Below, in pieces: positions 11,350 through 19,809 of a stretch of DNA of 32,000 nucleotides. A model generated the notes under the pieces. That model was not told the DNA's origin. It saw only the letters and a program-made list of their open reading frames with translations, and did no database searches. The position numbers were made by a program, and so were the translations under genes. Where the stretch lies: NCBI RefSeq assembly GCF_061231955.1, contig NZ_CM195708.1, one strand, 5' to 3'. The stretch's first letter is position 1. Each line of letters begins with the position of its first letter.

Positions 11350-13065
11350 TTATATTTCTTGATAATGCCTTCCCAGGAATCTATTTATTTTAGTTAACGA
11401 AGCTCGCTTATAGAAGTTAATATCTAGTTTCAAATCTCTTTTATCAATTTCACTAATTTTGTCGCTATTTAACGTCAAAATATATTGTGCATCATTTAAG
11501 CAACTGGATTTCTCTGCCAAATAATTCAAGCTTTTAATTAATGTATCTTGATCCACATCAAAAATATTATCATGAATTAATAATCCAGGGTGACGTCGAA
11601 ACGTTTCTTCTGTAAGTAAAAGAGCCAAATCATAAAAGAAAACCTTTTCTCGCTCATTACTATGACTACCGTCATCATCAATTCTTAAATCCATTGAGAT
11701 AGTTTCTTTCTTCTCTGTCGCCTTAATTTCGAAAGAACACTTTCTATTTCCAAAAACATATTCATGGATTGATAAAATGGTTTCCTCAAAAGATTCAATC
11801 GTTTTTTCGTTATCCATAATAGAAAGATCTAACGAAATTATCATAGAAGAGCGTTCTGACTTCTTAACTTTCCATTTAGAATCGAAATCTTCAAATTTTT
11901 TAAGCAATGAAGATAACTGTGAATACTCCTCTAACTTTTTCTGATAAGTCATTATTAAAATTTTCAGGCTTTTAAACCCCCCCGCCTGCTCAAAAACACT
12001 AGCTTTTTCTTTATAAAGTCTATTTACTGTATATAGCTTATCTGATATCTTACGCAATTCAGAAAGTAATGTTTCTTTTCGCGTATTTAACAAAGTGTTT
12101 TGGAAGTGATCTATTTTTTTCTTAAATGAAATAACATCATTAAGTTCTTTTTTGATAGCATCACCTAATCCAACTTTAAATTTATTATAAATTTCAACTA
12201 CTTCATCATCATTTATGTATACTTCACCAACGAGAGCATTTATTCTTGAAAGCTCTAACTTAAGTATTGTTCTTTTATTCCGCAACTCTTCTAAAGAACT
12301 TTCTAATTCTTCTACTTCATCTTTGATAAGTTCATAACTGCTATCGCTATCAAATGCATCCATAGCGTTTCTGATATGTTCAACTTTTGATTTAAGATCA
12401 TTAACCTCTGCCTTTGCAGAACTAATTTTTTTTCCCGTCAGAAATTCAATATCTCTCTTTATTTTATTTTTTGTAGTTGATAAATCATCTATTTCTCGTT
12501 GTAAAATCTTTGCCTCTTTATAGGGAGCAATATCAATACCTAACAAATAAAGATGAGGAGTATAGTCAGCAGGTATATGTAATTTTGTGTCGAAGCACTC
12601 AACAATAGATTTAAATTCAGATCGTTCATCGCGTATCAGAGGCCCCAGCATCGCTCTAAATGATGGATGAAGTATACCCTTACTATTCTTAAAGATAAGA
12701 TTGCTTAAATGAGATAACGCATCATCTAATCCACTAAACTCTATTGTTTTTCCATTTATTACAAGTGTTGGCTCATTATGTTTCCCAATAGAACGCTGGG
12801 ATATAATGTTAATATTATCAATATTAAAATCAAGGCATATCAAAATGTCTTTCGAAAAATCAGAATGAGGAATTTTAGAAACTCTACTCGACTTAAATTC
12901 TTTTAATAAACAAAAATTAATAAACTCTATTAAAAGAGTTTTACCCACTCCATTAGTTTTGTTAGATGAAACATCTTTTTCACCTAAGATGATATTGATG
13001 CCACTATCAAAGCTTACTGGCTCAAAAGATTCTGGTATGCTATATAGTTTATTTATTCTTAACAT
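11350..13065 (-). CDS. SMC/ABC-like ATPase with long coiled coil, DUF2326-like; putative ATPase component of an ABC-three-component system, 571 aa
   Basis: Walker A NGVGKT (SSNKTNGVGKTLLIEF), Walker B-like LLIHDNIFD followed by D-loop-like VDQDTL, coiled-coil middle; third gene of an overlapping operon. Confidence 0.85.
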   Translation of the reverse strand: MLRINKLYSIPESFEPVSFDSGINIILGEKDVSSNKTNGVGKTLLIEFINFCLLKEFKSSRVSKIPHSDFSKDILICLDFNIDNINIISQRSIGKHNEPTLVINGKTIEFSGLDDALSHLSNLIFKNSKGILHPSFRAMLGPLIRDERSEFKSIVECFDTKLHIPADYTPHLYLLGIDIAPYKEAKILQREIDDLSTTKNKIKRDIEFLTGKKISSAKAEVNDLKSKVEHIRNAMDAFDSDSSYELIKDEVEELESSLEELRNKRTILKLELSRINALVGEVYINDDEVVEIYNKFKVGLGDAIKKELNDVISFKKKIDHFQNTLLNTRKETLLSELRKISDKLYTVNRLYKEKASVFEQAGGFKSLKILIMTYQKKLEEYSQLSSLLKKFEDFDSKWKVKKSERSSMIISLDLSIMDNEKTIESFEETILSIHEYVFGNRKCSFEIKATEKKETISMDLRIDDDGSHSNEREKVFFYDLALLLTEETFRRHPGLLIHDNIFDVDQDTLIKSLNYLAEKSSCLNDAQYILTLNSDKISEIDKRDLKLDINFYKRASLTKINRFLGRHYQEI

Positions 13066-13297
13066 TTTTATTTATCACATATGGCTCATCGAAATCGATA
13101 AGATCAAGAGTATAAAGAAAGACCATTCCAAAATAAATTGCACGCACTCCTAGAGAGTTGTTTTTCTTTAATTCTTTTGCTAAATCGAAAATACTAATTT
13201 TTTCTTTTTTTGTTTCGTCAAATAAATTAAGAATTTTAGCCCCTACAACAGGAGGGGATTTTGTCAAATCCTCATCTTTCGAAAAAAAACTTAACAT
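13049..13297 (-). CDS. Small ABC-3C middle-component-like protein, wHTH-like, 82 aa (ATG at 13297; the track's longer form starts at TTG 13300)
   Basis: KILNLFDETKKEKISIFDLAKELKKNNSLGVRAIYFGMVFLYTLDLIDF pattern; TGATG junction with the upstream gene and 17-nt overlap with the ATPase gene. Confidence 0.7.
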   Translation of the reverse strand: MLSFFSKDEDLTKSPPVVGAKILNLFDETKKEKISIFDLAKELKKNNSLGVRAIYFGMVFLYTLDLIDFDEPYVINKNVKNK

Positions 13298-14256
13298 CAA
13301 AGAATCTCCGAATTAGGAAAGACGTTACATGCAATTAAATTCTCAATTAAGAAAAATTTGATAGCTGTTTCATCGTAATCTACATTTCTCTGGCTCAGTT
13401 GTTTAGAAAAATATTCTTTTAAATAATTAAGCGCCAAGATAGGATCTCCACCATGGCTTCTTAAGACCTTATCACTAAATGACTCTAAATACAAACTCAT
13501 CTTTTGGTACCTTACGATACCAATATCGCTCTGTTCTTTTATTGACTTAAATATCCCACTATATAATGGAGCTAACCCAGTATATAAGCCAATCAACCGC
13601 TCTGAATAATCTGAAAATCTTTTATATATTTTATTTTCAGGATTAGGCTCTTCAATAAATCCATTTCCTGCCAATGGGTGAGCATCATCACTCAATAATT
13701 CAATCATCGCAAACATAGTTGTGACTTCTTTCGGCGGTTTATCAGCAGCTTTAGTATTAATATTACGTTCCAAAAATGAGCATATTGTTGATATATCACA
13801 ATCATTCAAATCGTTTATCTTTCTAATTATATCCTTATAATCCCATACATCATCTTTGATATTAATTACATAGCACCCGGCTATTCCATACTCTTTCAAT
13901 CTGTGCTTTTTCTTTTCAGTTATATTCAGTACAATTAGTCTATCATATTTTTCATATTGCTTACTTTTTATAAATCCATCAACTGTATTCTTAATTTTTC
14001 CCAAGTCAGAAGTTGAAGTTACTTGTATAGCAATCTTCCGATCTTCATCAGCAAGATCTATTGCTTGGTAGTTTTGCTCTTCACTATTGGTATTTCTTAA
14101 ATTATATCCATAACATAAGTTTAAGAAATCTCTATAAAAAGATTCCGCTTGAACGTTGATATCCAAAAGATTGAGGGAGGCACTAATCTCAACCTCTCTT
14201 GAGAGAATAGCTAAATAGCTTGTGATTTTTCTTATATTTTCAGCCCTGGTTAGCAT
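13297..14256 (-). CDS. SMEK-domain-like predicted nuclease/effector protein of ABC-3C system, 319 aa
   Basis: N-terminus DINVQAESFYRDFLNLCYGYNLRNTNSEEQNYQAIDLADEDRKIAIQVTSTSDLGKIKNTV fits the remembered SMEK pattern (DiN..AEdff..LLN...nL.N.....N..aIDLgD...ri.iQVTs); first gene of operon. Confidence 0.78.
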   Translation of the reverse strand: MLTRAENIRKITSYLAILSREVEISASLNLLDINVQAESFYRDFLNLCYGYNLRNTNSEEQNYQAIDLADEDRKIAIQVTSTSDLGKIKNTVDGFIKSKQYEKYDRLIVLNITEKKKHRLKEYGIAGCYVINIKDDVWDYKDIIRKINDLNDCDISTICSFLERNINTKAADKPPKEVTTMFAMIELLSDDAHPLAGNGFIEEPNPENKIYKRFSDYSERLIGLYTGLAPLYSGIFKSIKEQSDIGIVRYQKMSLYLESFSDKVLRSHGGDPILALNYLKEYFSKQLSQRNVDYDETAIKFFLIENLIACNVFPNSEIL

Positions 14257-14556
14257 CAGTTTTCCCTATTAATTAACTTCAACATTTACAAAGCGATTAA
14301 GATTACGTGGAGTGTTACATATGACCAACGTGACAGCCTCCACTTTCTCATAACTCATTGTCTTTTAAAAGTATTCTCGAGGAAAAACTTGATTAAGCTC
14401 TAATTTTAAGTTAGACACAGCCGTCGAAACTGGTTGACATCTATACAGACACCAGTGAGATTGATCATTACAGGATGATACAGCATGACAGAGTCCGTTC
14501 GCTCCCAGTTTACACTACTAATAAAAAATAGTTTTACCTGTTGATTTCAGTGCTAT

Positions 14557-14582
14557 CGCGGGCAGCCCCGCACGCCTGCCCG
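14557..14582. repeat. GC-rich inverted repeat in non-coding cargo/late-operon boundary
   Basis: GCGGGCAG (14557-14564) / CTGCCCGC (14575-14582), perfect 8-bp arms, 10-nt spacer. Confidence 0.6.
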
Positions 14583-14737
14583 CTTCGCTTAACAGACTGG
14601 TTTTCATGCATGCCATAAATCGTCTCAGATACCACCACACAAAGGTTTTCGCCTCAAAAAAGGTGCATAAGGCTCATGCATTTTCATGCGCCATAGACAT
14701 GCACTCATGCGCTCTCAGGCCAGCCAGGGAAAAGGTG

Positions 14738-14765
14738 TTAAAAATCCCGGTACTCGACCGGGATT
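14738..14765 (-). terminator. Rho-independent terminator of the sid/psu/delta-like operon
   Basis: Perfect 9-bp stem AATCCCGGT/ACCGGGATT with 5-nt loop; minus strand continues ATTTTTAAC, and plus strand has a downstream gcgttttttt (possibly bidirectional). Confidence 0.8.
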
Positions 14766-14785
14766 ACGTGGGCGTTTTTTTCTAA

Positions 14786-15067
14786 TCAGACAGGAATCTG
14801 CTGACGGCTTGACAGTTTTGACGCGGAGCCATAGCGATTGAGCGTTTGCTGTTGTTTTTCCGGGGATTGTGCTTTGTCTGATAGCTGTTCATTGCGCCGG
14901 GGTTTCATGATTATCTTATCCACACTCTCCAGTGCCGTAAATGTGCAGGAACATTCCAGATTCTGGCACTGATACCACGAGCGTTTAACTGACGGAGCTT
15001 CATAGGCTGCTGTTCTGGCGTGTGCAACTGTACCGCATTCCGGACATTTAAGTGCCATTAATATCAC
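14786..15067 (-). CDS. Ogr/Delta-family zinc-finger late transcription activator (start possibly 15058, MALKCPECG...)
   Basis: CPECGTVAHARTAAYEA...RSWYQCQNLECSCTF: Ogr/Delta Cys pattern and HARTS-like motif. Confidence 0.88.
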   Translation of the reverse strand: MILMALKCPECGTVAHARTAAYEAPSVKRSWYQCQNLECSCTFTALESVDKIIMKPRRNEQLSDKAQSPEKQQQTLNRYGSASKLSSRQQIPV

Positions 15068-15615
15068 TCCTGTATATCGTTAATGTCATTCAGGCGTTGC
15101 TGAAAACGCAGATGTTGTGCCGGGGTGTAAGAGCCCTGGCAATCACGAATCATCCCGGGGTCAGGCATCAAACCGGATTCATCCAGGATCTCACGATAAT
15201 CCCCGGCAATTTCAGGCGGTGTTATTGCCAGCTGACGAACCAGAGCACTGCGTAATATACGGGACGCAACGTCAACCCCTCCGCGCCTCTTCAGGAACGG
15301 AGCCAGTGCAGATGTCAGGGCTGCCCCATTCGCCTGCATAAAATTGCTGAGAGCGGCTTCTGTGCAGGCCTCCATCAGTAAATGCTGCGCGTAAATACAT
15401 TCGCGCGCAGCACAGTTAATTTGCCATTTCAGCACATCCAGACGTTCCCGCAGTAATTCGAGCTGTCGGGCATAATCTGCTGGTTTTTCTGTGGCAGCAA
15501 GGAGAGATGCTATCTGTTGTTCAACGGCTTTTCGGCTCTCACTATGTCCGGCCCACAGAATACGGGCATTCCGAAAACTGGTAAGTGCCTGGTCAGGCGT
15601 GCCTCGGGCCGTCAT
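15064..15615 (-). CDS. Psu-like (polarity suppression/capsid decoration) protein, 183 aa
   Basis: Resembles remembered P4 Psu: LSNFMQANGAALTSALAPFL vs LNDFMQQHGTALAAALAPEL; YTPAQHLRFQQRL vs FTPAQNMIFSRKS. Confidence 0.75.
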   Translation of the reverse strand: MTARGTPDQALTSFRNARILWAGHSESRKAVEQQIASLLAATEKPADYARQLELLRERLDVLKWQINCAARECIYAQHLLMEACTEAALSNFMQANGAALTSALAPFLKRRGGVDVASRILRSALVRQLAITPPEIAGDYREILDESGLMPDPGMIRDCQGSYTPAQHLRFQQRLNDINDIQE

Positions 15616-16355
15616 ACTGCTTTCTCCTTCTCAGCAAGTTCCTGACGAACCTTAATTTTATGCATAGCTGCCGGAGAGAGTTGATTACTGAAATCCAGAC
15701 GCGCCGCATAATCCGGGGCAATTCCCGCCAGTTTAAACACCGGGTCCTGTTCAGGCATCGCATCGTTAGCCAGAGCCGGTCTGGTGATATGTTTATGAAT
15801 GAAGTCTTTCAGCACTGTGTCCGGGTCATTAACTGAATTCACCACACCCACAACGGCACTGGCTTCCCGGCCCATTGTGGATTTAAGCAGGCTCAGCGTC
15901 TGAATAAGCGCTTTTCCATGCGACTGCATAAAATCCTCCCAGATTTGTTTTGCGCGAATATCCACAAGAATGTTATGCGCGTGGATATACTTTCCGGCTA
16001 ATTCCGCAGCTTTCTGCGGCAAAAGTGCATTTTCGCTTTCCTGAGCCGCCAGCAGCTCATCAAAATCCTCAAGCGTTTCTCGTCCCAGCGCAATTTCCGT
16101 GCGCAGTTTTTTCATTTCCTTTGAGACCACGCCCTGACTTTCACGAAACAGCGTGCGCCACTCCTCATTCAGTGTATTCGTCGTGGATTCCATTTCAGCG
16201 CGACGCTGGCGGATTGTCGCAATATTATCCGCTGCCGCTTTCTGCTGGCGACGTGCTTCAAGCCATGCGTTTCTGGCTGTGTTCATGGTTTCCAGTGCCC
16301 GCTGCGTTACAGCCGGAAAAGTGGAAAGGTTGTTATTCACTGCGGTGTTGTTCAT
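15612..16355 (-). CDS. Sid-like capsid-size-determination protein, 247 aa
   Basis: Resembles remembered P4 Sid (DDWRTAFRAAGGVLSDEL...): EEWRTLFRESQGVVSKEMKKLRTEIALGRETLEDFDELL; similar length (~244 aa); head of late operon, ATGA overlap with the Psu-like gene. Confidence 0.7.
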   Translation of the reverse strand: MNNTAVNNNLSTFPAVTQRALETMNTARNAWLEARRQQKAAADNIATIRQRRAEMESTTNTLNEEWRTLFRESQGVVSKEMKKLRTEIALGRETLEDFDELLAAQESENALLPQKAAELAGKYIHAHNILVDIRAKQIWEDFMQSHGKALIQTLSLLKSTMGREASAVVGVVNSVNDPDTVLKDFIHKHITRPALANDAMPEQDPVFKLAGIAPDYAARLDFSNQLSPAAMHKIKVRQELAEKEKAV

Positions 16356-16389
16356 GACTTCTCCTGTCGGGTTGGTTCGTTACGTCAAT

Positions 16390-16407
16390 TGTGTCGTGGC
16401 TGACACA
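16390..16407 (-). promoter_or_regulatory. Ogr/Delta-type binding site (TGT-N12-ACA), proximal to sid-like gene
   Basis: tgt gtcgtggctgac aca; also forms TTGTGTC/GACACAA arms. Confidence 0.65.
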
Positions 16408-16427
16408 AGCACACTATCGGTGCTCAG

Positions 16428-16445
16428 TGTGTGGTGGCTGGCACA
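16428..16445 (-). promoter_or_regulatory. Ogr/Delta-type binding site (TGT-N12-ACA), distal
   Basis: tgt gtggtggctggc aca, centre 38 bp from the proximal site. Confidence 0.65.
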
Positions 16446-16533
16446 ACGGGCGCTTGCGGTTATTCAGACGTGGCTATGAAAGCCAGCCAGATAAAAATGC
16501 CCTCTGTTTCAGTCTGCTTTATGTCCCTGATGC

Positions 16534-16730
16534 GGTGGAACAGGTGAAACATGTGTTACAGCTTTGTTTTATAAAGCATTTATATACACTGCACCGGTGG
16601 AACATCGCGGGTAACAAGGTGGAACAGCGGATTGGCTGGCGTTACATCTGTTCCACCTCACTATTTCAGAAGGTGGAACAGGTTCAGCCATTGTAAAATA
16701 CGGTTGTTCCACCTGTTTCACCTGTTACCC
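16534..16730. repeat. Iteron cluster, GGTG(G/A)AACA units in both orientations; probable replication origin/crr-like region
   Basis: ggtggaacag 16534, ggtgaaacat 16543, ggtggaacat 16596, ggtggaacag 16618, ctgttccacc 16648, ggtggaacag 16672, ttgttccacc 16704, ctgtttcacc 16713. Confidence 0.8.
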
Positions 16731-16756
16731 TTAATAAATAAGACTCACGCAAAGCC

Positions 16757-19429
16757 TTAACCCGGCACCTCGCTGTTGAAGACATAGAGCCTGCGGGGAT
16801 TCATCTCTGGCGGGCGAATGGTTGTCTGGAGTTTGCCATCAGTGGAGGGCAGCAGGTATCCACGATCTGCGCACAGACGCGCCACCTTGCGCGGGTCAAA
16901 TCCCCTGCAGATTTCTTTCCAGCCGGACGGCATGACATAGAACGTAGTGACAGCTTCCGTGCCCTGCGCGGTACTGCCTTTCTCCACCCTGCGCCAGCCC
17001 ACCATATTGCCGGGGCGGTTGCGCTCGTCATACCAGTCTGCAAAGCGGCTGTACTGATTCGCGGTAAAGAAACTGCGAACCTGCTCCAGTGCGGCAATAT
17101 CTTCCTGATTGGCAGTGTGCCCGCGATCTTTCAGCCATGCGTTCAGGCAGACGCGGGTTGCCCGCAGTGCTTCACCCTCAGGCCAGCCGGTGATACCCAG
17201 ACGGGTTGCCAGTTCACCCGCCATCGCCACCAGTGCAAAGCGGTTCACAGCCCGGCCCACCTGATTGCCTGCATCTTTCGGAGTCAGGGCGGCAGCATAT
17301 TCCTTCATCAGCGATTTTGCCTGTGCCGTTAGTCCGTTAAGATCAGCGGTCAGTGCTTTCAGCCACTCCCGGAACGGCGAACCGTAGTAGCAGGACGTGG
17401 CCCATTCAAGATGCTCTGCCAGAGCCTTGCCGCTGTCGAAGCCGTGCAGCTCCTCAAAAACGCCAAACTTCCCGGAATCGCTGGGGATCTGGATCATCCT
17501 GACTTCCATCCCGGCAAAAGTACGCTCACCGGCCTTTGCCGCATGTTCGGTCAGAGATAACTCGCCAGTTGAAAAGAACAACAGGCGCCACTGCTTACGG
17601 GTACGCAGCTCACCGTCCGTACCGGCACGACCCTTGCCCTGACCGTTTGCCAGCATGTAGGCGATACTGCCTGCCTCGCGTCCGTCAACTTCCCGGATCT
17701 CATCAAGCATCATGGCGGCATCGTTGCGGCGGCTGGCGCATCCCTCCAGCGCGTTGCCGGTGGCCCGCCATGTCTGCCAGTAGTCAGGCCCGCCGCAGAC
17801 GGAGGTTGCCGCTTTCATGGTGGTGGTCTTACCGTCTGTCGATTCCCCTTTGAGGTGGTAGCCGCCGCCGTCCATACCAACCAGCCGTAACAGTGGTGCA
17901 GCAAAGGCCAGGCTGACAGCAAATGCCACGCGGGAGTTGCCGGTACAGTAGCGGGATACGTTCTCCCGCCATTCCTCTGTTGTACCCGACACGCGGAAAT
18001 CACGCCCCTGCACGGAAGTGGTCTGGAGAATGACACCCTCTGCACCTTCACCGCTGACCTCATCCTGCAGGACGTAAACCTGACCATGCCAGCCAGTACG
18101 GCTGACGCAGGTCACGCGGCGTTCCGGTTTACACAGTGAGATATATTCCATCAGGCGTGCGCGTGCCTCACCGGTGGTGCTGATATAAGACAGCCCGTTA
18201 ACCAGCAGTACCCGGCGCAGTTCCTCACCACTGCCGCTCAGCATTTCCATCGGCATCGCCCAGCGGCGACGCTCACTCCATGTATCTTCCCATTCCAGCA
18301 GTCGTCCGAAGTTACCGCCATCGGCATCGCAGGTGATTGCCGTAACGCGCAGCGGGCTGCATATTTTGACGTTCTGGATCTCCGTCTCACCGTTGCGCTG
18401 TACCTGCTTTTCATACCAGAGATATTCCTGGGTAAGACGGAACCCGTGCGGCAGTTGCGTGCGGCCTTCCCCGCACAGTACCAGACCGTTGCGAAAGGCT
18501 TCACGGGCACGGGTAATACCGTGCTCCCGATGAAAGTCATTCCAGTCAGCCTTAATCTCTCCTGGTGGCAGCGTCATCCAGCCGCCAACAGCTTTTGCCG
18601 CCCGTTCAGCAAAGGCTCTGCCGGGATTCTCCCCCCCGTCCTGAAAATCGTTATCACCGGCGATGATAATTTTTACCTCAGGCCAGCGTGCCCGCAGCGA
18701 CTGCGCCACATTGGGCAGGTTGCCCGCAGATATGGCAGCCACTACGCATCCGGCAGTGAGCTGGCTTACCGTCAGCGCCGTAGCGTAACCTTCGGTAATC
18801 ACCACCTGTACCGGTGGTTCAGACGGTAACGGGCTGAGCGACACAAACGCGCCTTTCATCGTGCTGCCGGGCAGTATGCTTTTTTCACCCGTCGGGGCGA
18901 TAAGCTGTGCACCGGTCACGGCTCCGGTGTTGGTCGTGAGTGGTAACAGCAGAGAACCGGCAGGAAAATCCTTACCGCTGATATGCTGCACGCTTCCGGT
19001 CAGAGAGGCCGGGTATCCGGCGAACCCTTTTCCTGTCAGATAGGCGCTTTCTCCCGTGTGGCTCTCTTTCATCAGCGCCGCCACGGTAAGACCCATGTCG
19101 CGTTTAGGGGCTTTTTGTCTGGCAGGCTTAACAGGCAGTTCCTGCACATCCGGCACATTAAGCATCTGCGCCACCTCCTGCGCAGCCTTTCTGACGCTGT
19201 AACCGGTTACGAGCTTAACCAGATCCAGACCGTCACCATTGCCACACTGGCTGCAGATCCACGTCCCGCGCCCGTCAAGGTCATCAAGGCGAAAACGATC
19301 CTTGCCCCCACATTTCGGGCAGGGACCGTGCCTGCCGTTTTCAGGTACATCAATACGCAGCATCTGCAGAATAACGGGCCATTTCCCCCGCGCGGCGGCT
19401 GAAATCTGCGTAACCGTCTGTATTGTCAT
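16757..19429 (-). CDS. P4 alpha-like primase/helicase: zinc-binding primase N-terminus, Toprim region, DUF927-like helicase, 890 aa
   Basis: CPKCGGKDRFRLDD...WICSQCGNGDG zinc finger; VVITEGYATALTVSQL / KIIIAGDNDFQ Toprim; KGESTDGKTTTMKAA Walker A; LDEIREVD Walker B. Confidence 0.9.
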   Translation of the reverse strand: MTIQTVTQISAAARGKWPVILQMLRIDVPENGRHGPCPKCGGKDRFRLDDLDGRGTWICSQCGNGDGLDLVKLVTGYSVRKAAQEVAQMLNVPDVQELPVKPARQKAPKRDMGLTVAALMKESHTGESAYLTGKGFAGYPASLTGSVQHISGKDFPAGSLLLPLTTNTGAVTGAQLIAPTGEKSILPGSTMKGAFVSLSPLPSEPPVQVVITEGYATALTVSQLTAGCVVAAISAGNLPNVAQSLRARWPEVKIIIAGDNDFQDGGENPGRAFAERAAKAVGGWMTLPPGEIKADWNDFHREHGITRAREAFRNGLVLCGEGRTQLPHGFRLTQEYLWYEKQVQRNGETEIQNVKICSPLRVTAITCDADGGNFGRLLEWEDTWSERRRWAMPMEMLSGSGEELRRVLLVNGLSYISTTGEARARLMEYISLCKPERRVTCVSRTGWHGQVYVLQDEVSGEGAEGVILQTTSVQGRDFRVSGTTEEWRENVSRYCTGNSRVAFAVSLAFAAPLLRLVGMDGGGYHLKGESTDGKTTTMKAATSVCGGPDYWQTWRATGNALEGCASRRNDAAMMLDEIREVDGREAGSIAYMLANGQGKGRAGTDGELRTRKQWRLLFFSTGELSLTEHAAKAGERTFAGMEVRMIQIPSDSGKFGVFEELHGFDSGKALAEHLEWATSCYYGSPFREWLKALTADLNGLTAQAKSLMKEYAAALTPKDAGNQVGRAVNRFALVAMAGELATRLGITGWPEGEALRATRVCLNAWLKDRGHTANQEDIAALEQVRSFFTANQYSRFADWYDERNRPGNMVGWRRVEKGSTAQGTEAVTTFYVMPSGWKEICRGFDPRKVARLCADRGYLLPSTDGKLQTTIRPPEMNPRRLYVFNSEVPG

Positions 19430-19809
19430 ACTTCCCCCTGATACAACGTCACACCGGTACTGCAGAAGTCATCAAAGGCCGCCGGAAGCGTGCGGTACAT
19501 CTCCGCCATCACTTCACAGCCGCGCGCGGTCAGTACCGGCGGCGCGGTCAGCAGTGACGGCTCCAGCATGTCAGTCAGCAGTGCCAGCGCGGCAGCGGCG
19601 CCCTGTGCTTCGCCGTACTCGTTAATCAGTGCGCACTCGATATGCAGCGCAATGGCCATTTCAATACGCTCCACCGTCAGGCTGTGCGGACCATACTGAT
19701 CACTGCCAGTTTCGTTCAGCATTTTCTGCCGCCATGCTGAAGCAATAGCCCGCCGGTAAAGCGCGGTGGTCATTTCTGCCGGGAAAATGGAAACCTGCGG
19801 CTGGTTCAT
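19426..19809 (-). CDS. Hypothetical satellite protein, 127 aa, overlapping primase start
   Basis: ORF overlaps primase by 4 nt and the upstream ORF by 4 nt; polycistronic arrangement. Confidence 0.65.
   Translation of the reverse strand: MNQPQVSIFPAEMTTALYRRAIASAWRQKMLNETGSDQYGPHSLTVERIEMAIALHIECALINEYGEAQGAAAALALLTDMLEPSLLTAPPVLTARGCEVMAEMYRTLPAAFDDFCSTGVTLYQGEV

Noticed and set aside
14257-14785. Retron or hidden ncRNA-reverse transcriptase system in the non-coding block
   Set aside because: No reverse transcriptase ORF anywhere in the element; the hairpins alone are insufficient evidence.
16391-16696. 101-aa plus-strand ORF between sid-like gene and primase
   Set aside because: It consists largely of the activator sites and iterons translated; cis-acting repeats explain the sequence better than coding.
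16534-16730. CRISPR array interpretation of the clustered short repeats
   Set aside because: The units are ~10 bp, mixed in orientation and irregularly spaced, with no uniform spacers and no cas genes; they fit replication iterons instead.
17117-19625. Plus-strand ORFs opposite the primase gene (e.g. 18446..18829, 18983..19402, 19239..19625)
   Set aside because: They are antisense to a well-supported 890-aa primase/helicase and composition driven; no credible protein features.
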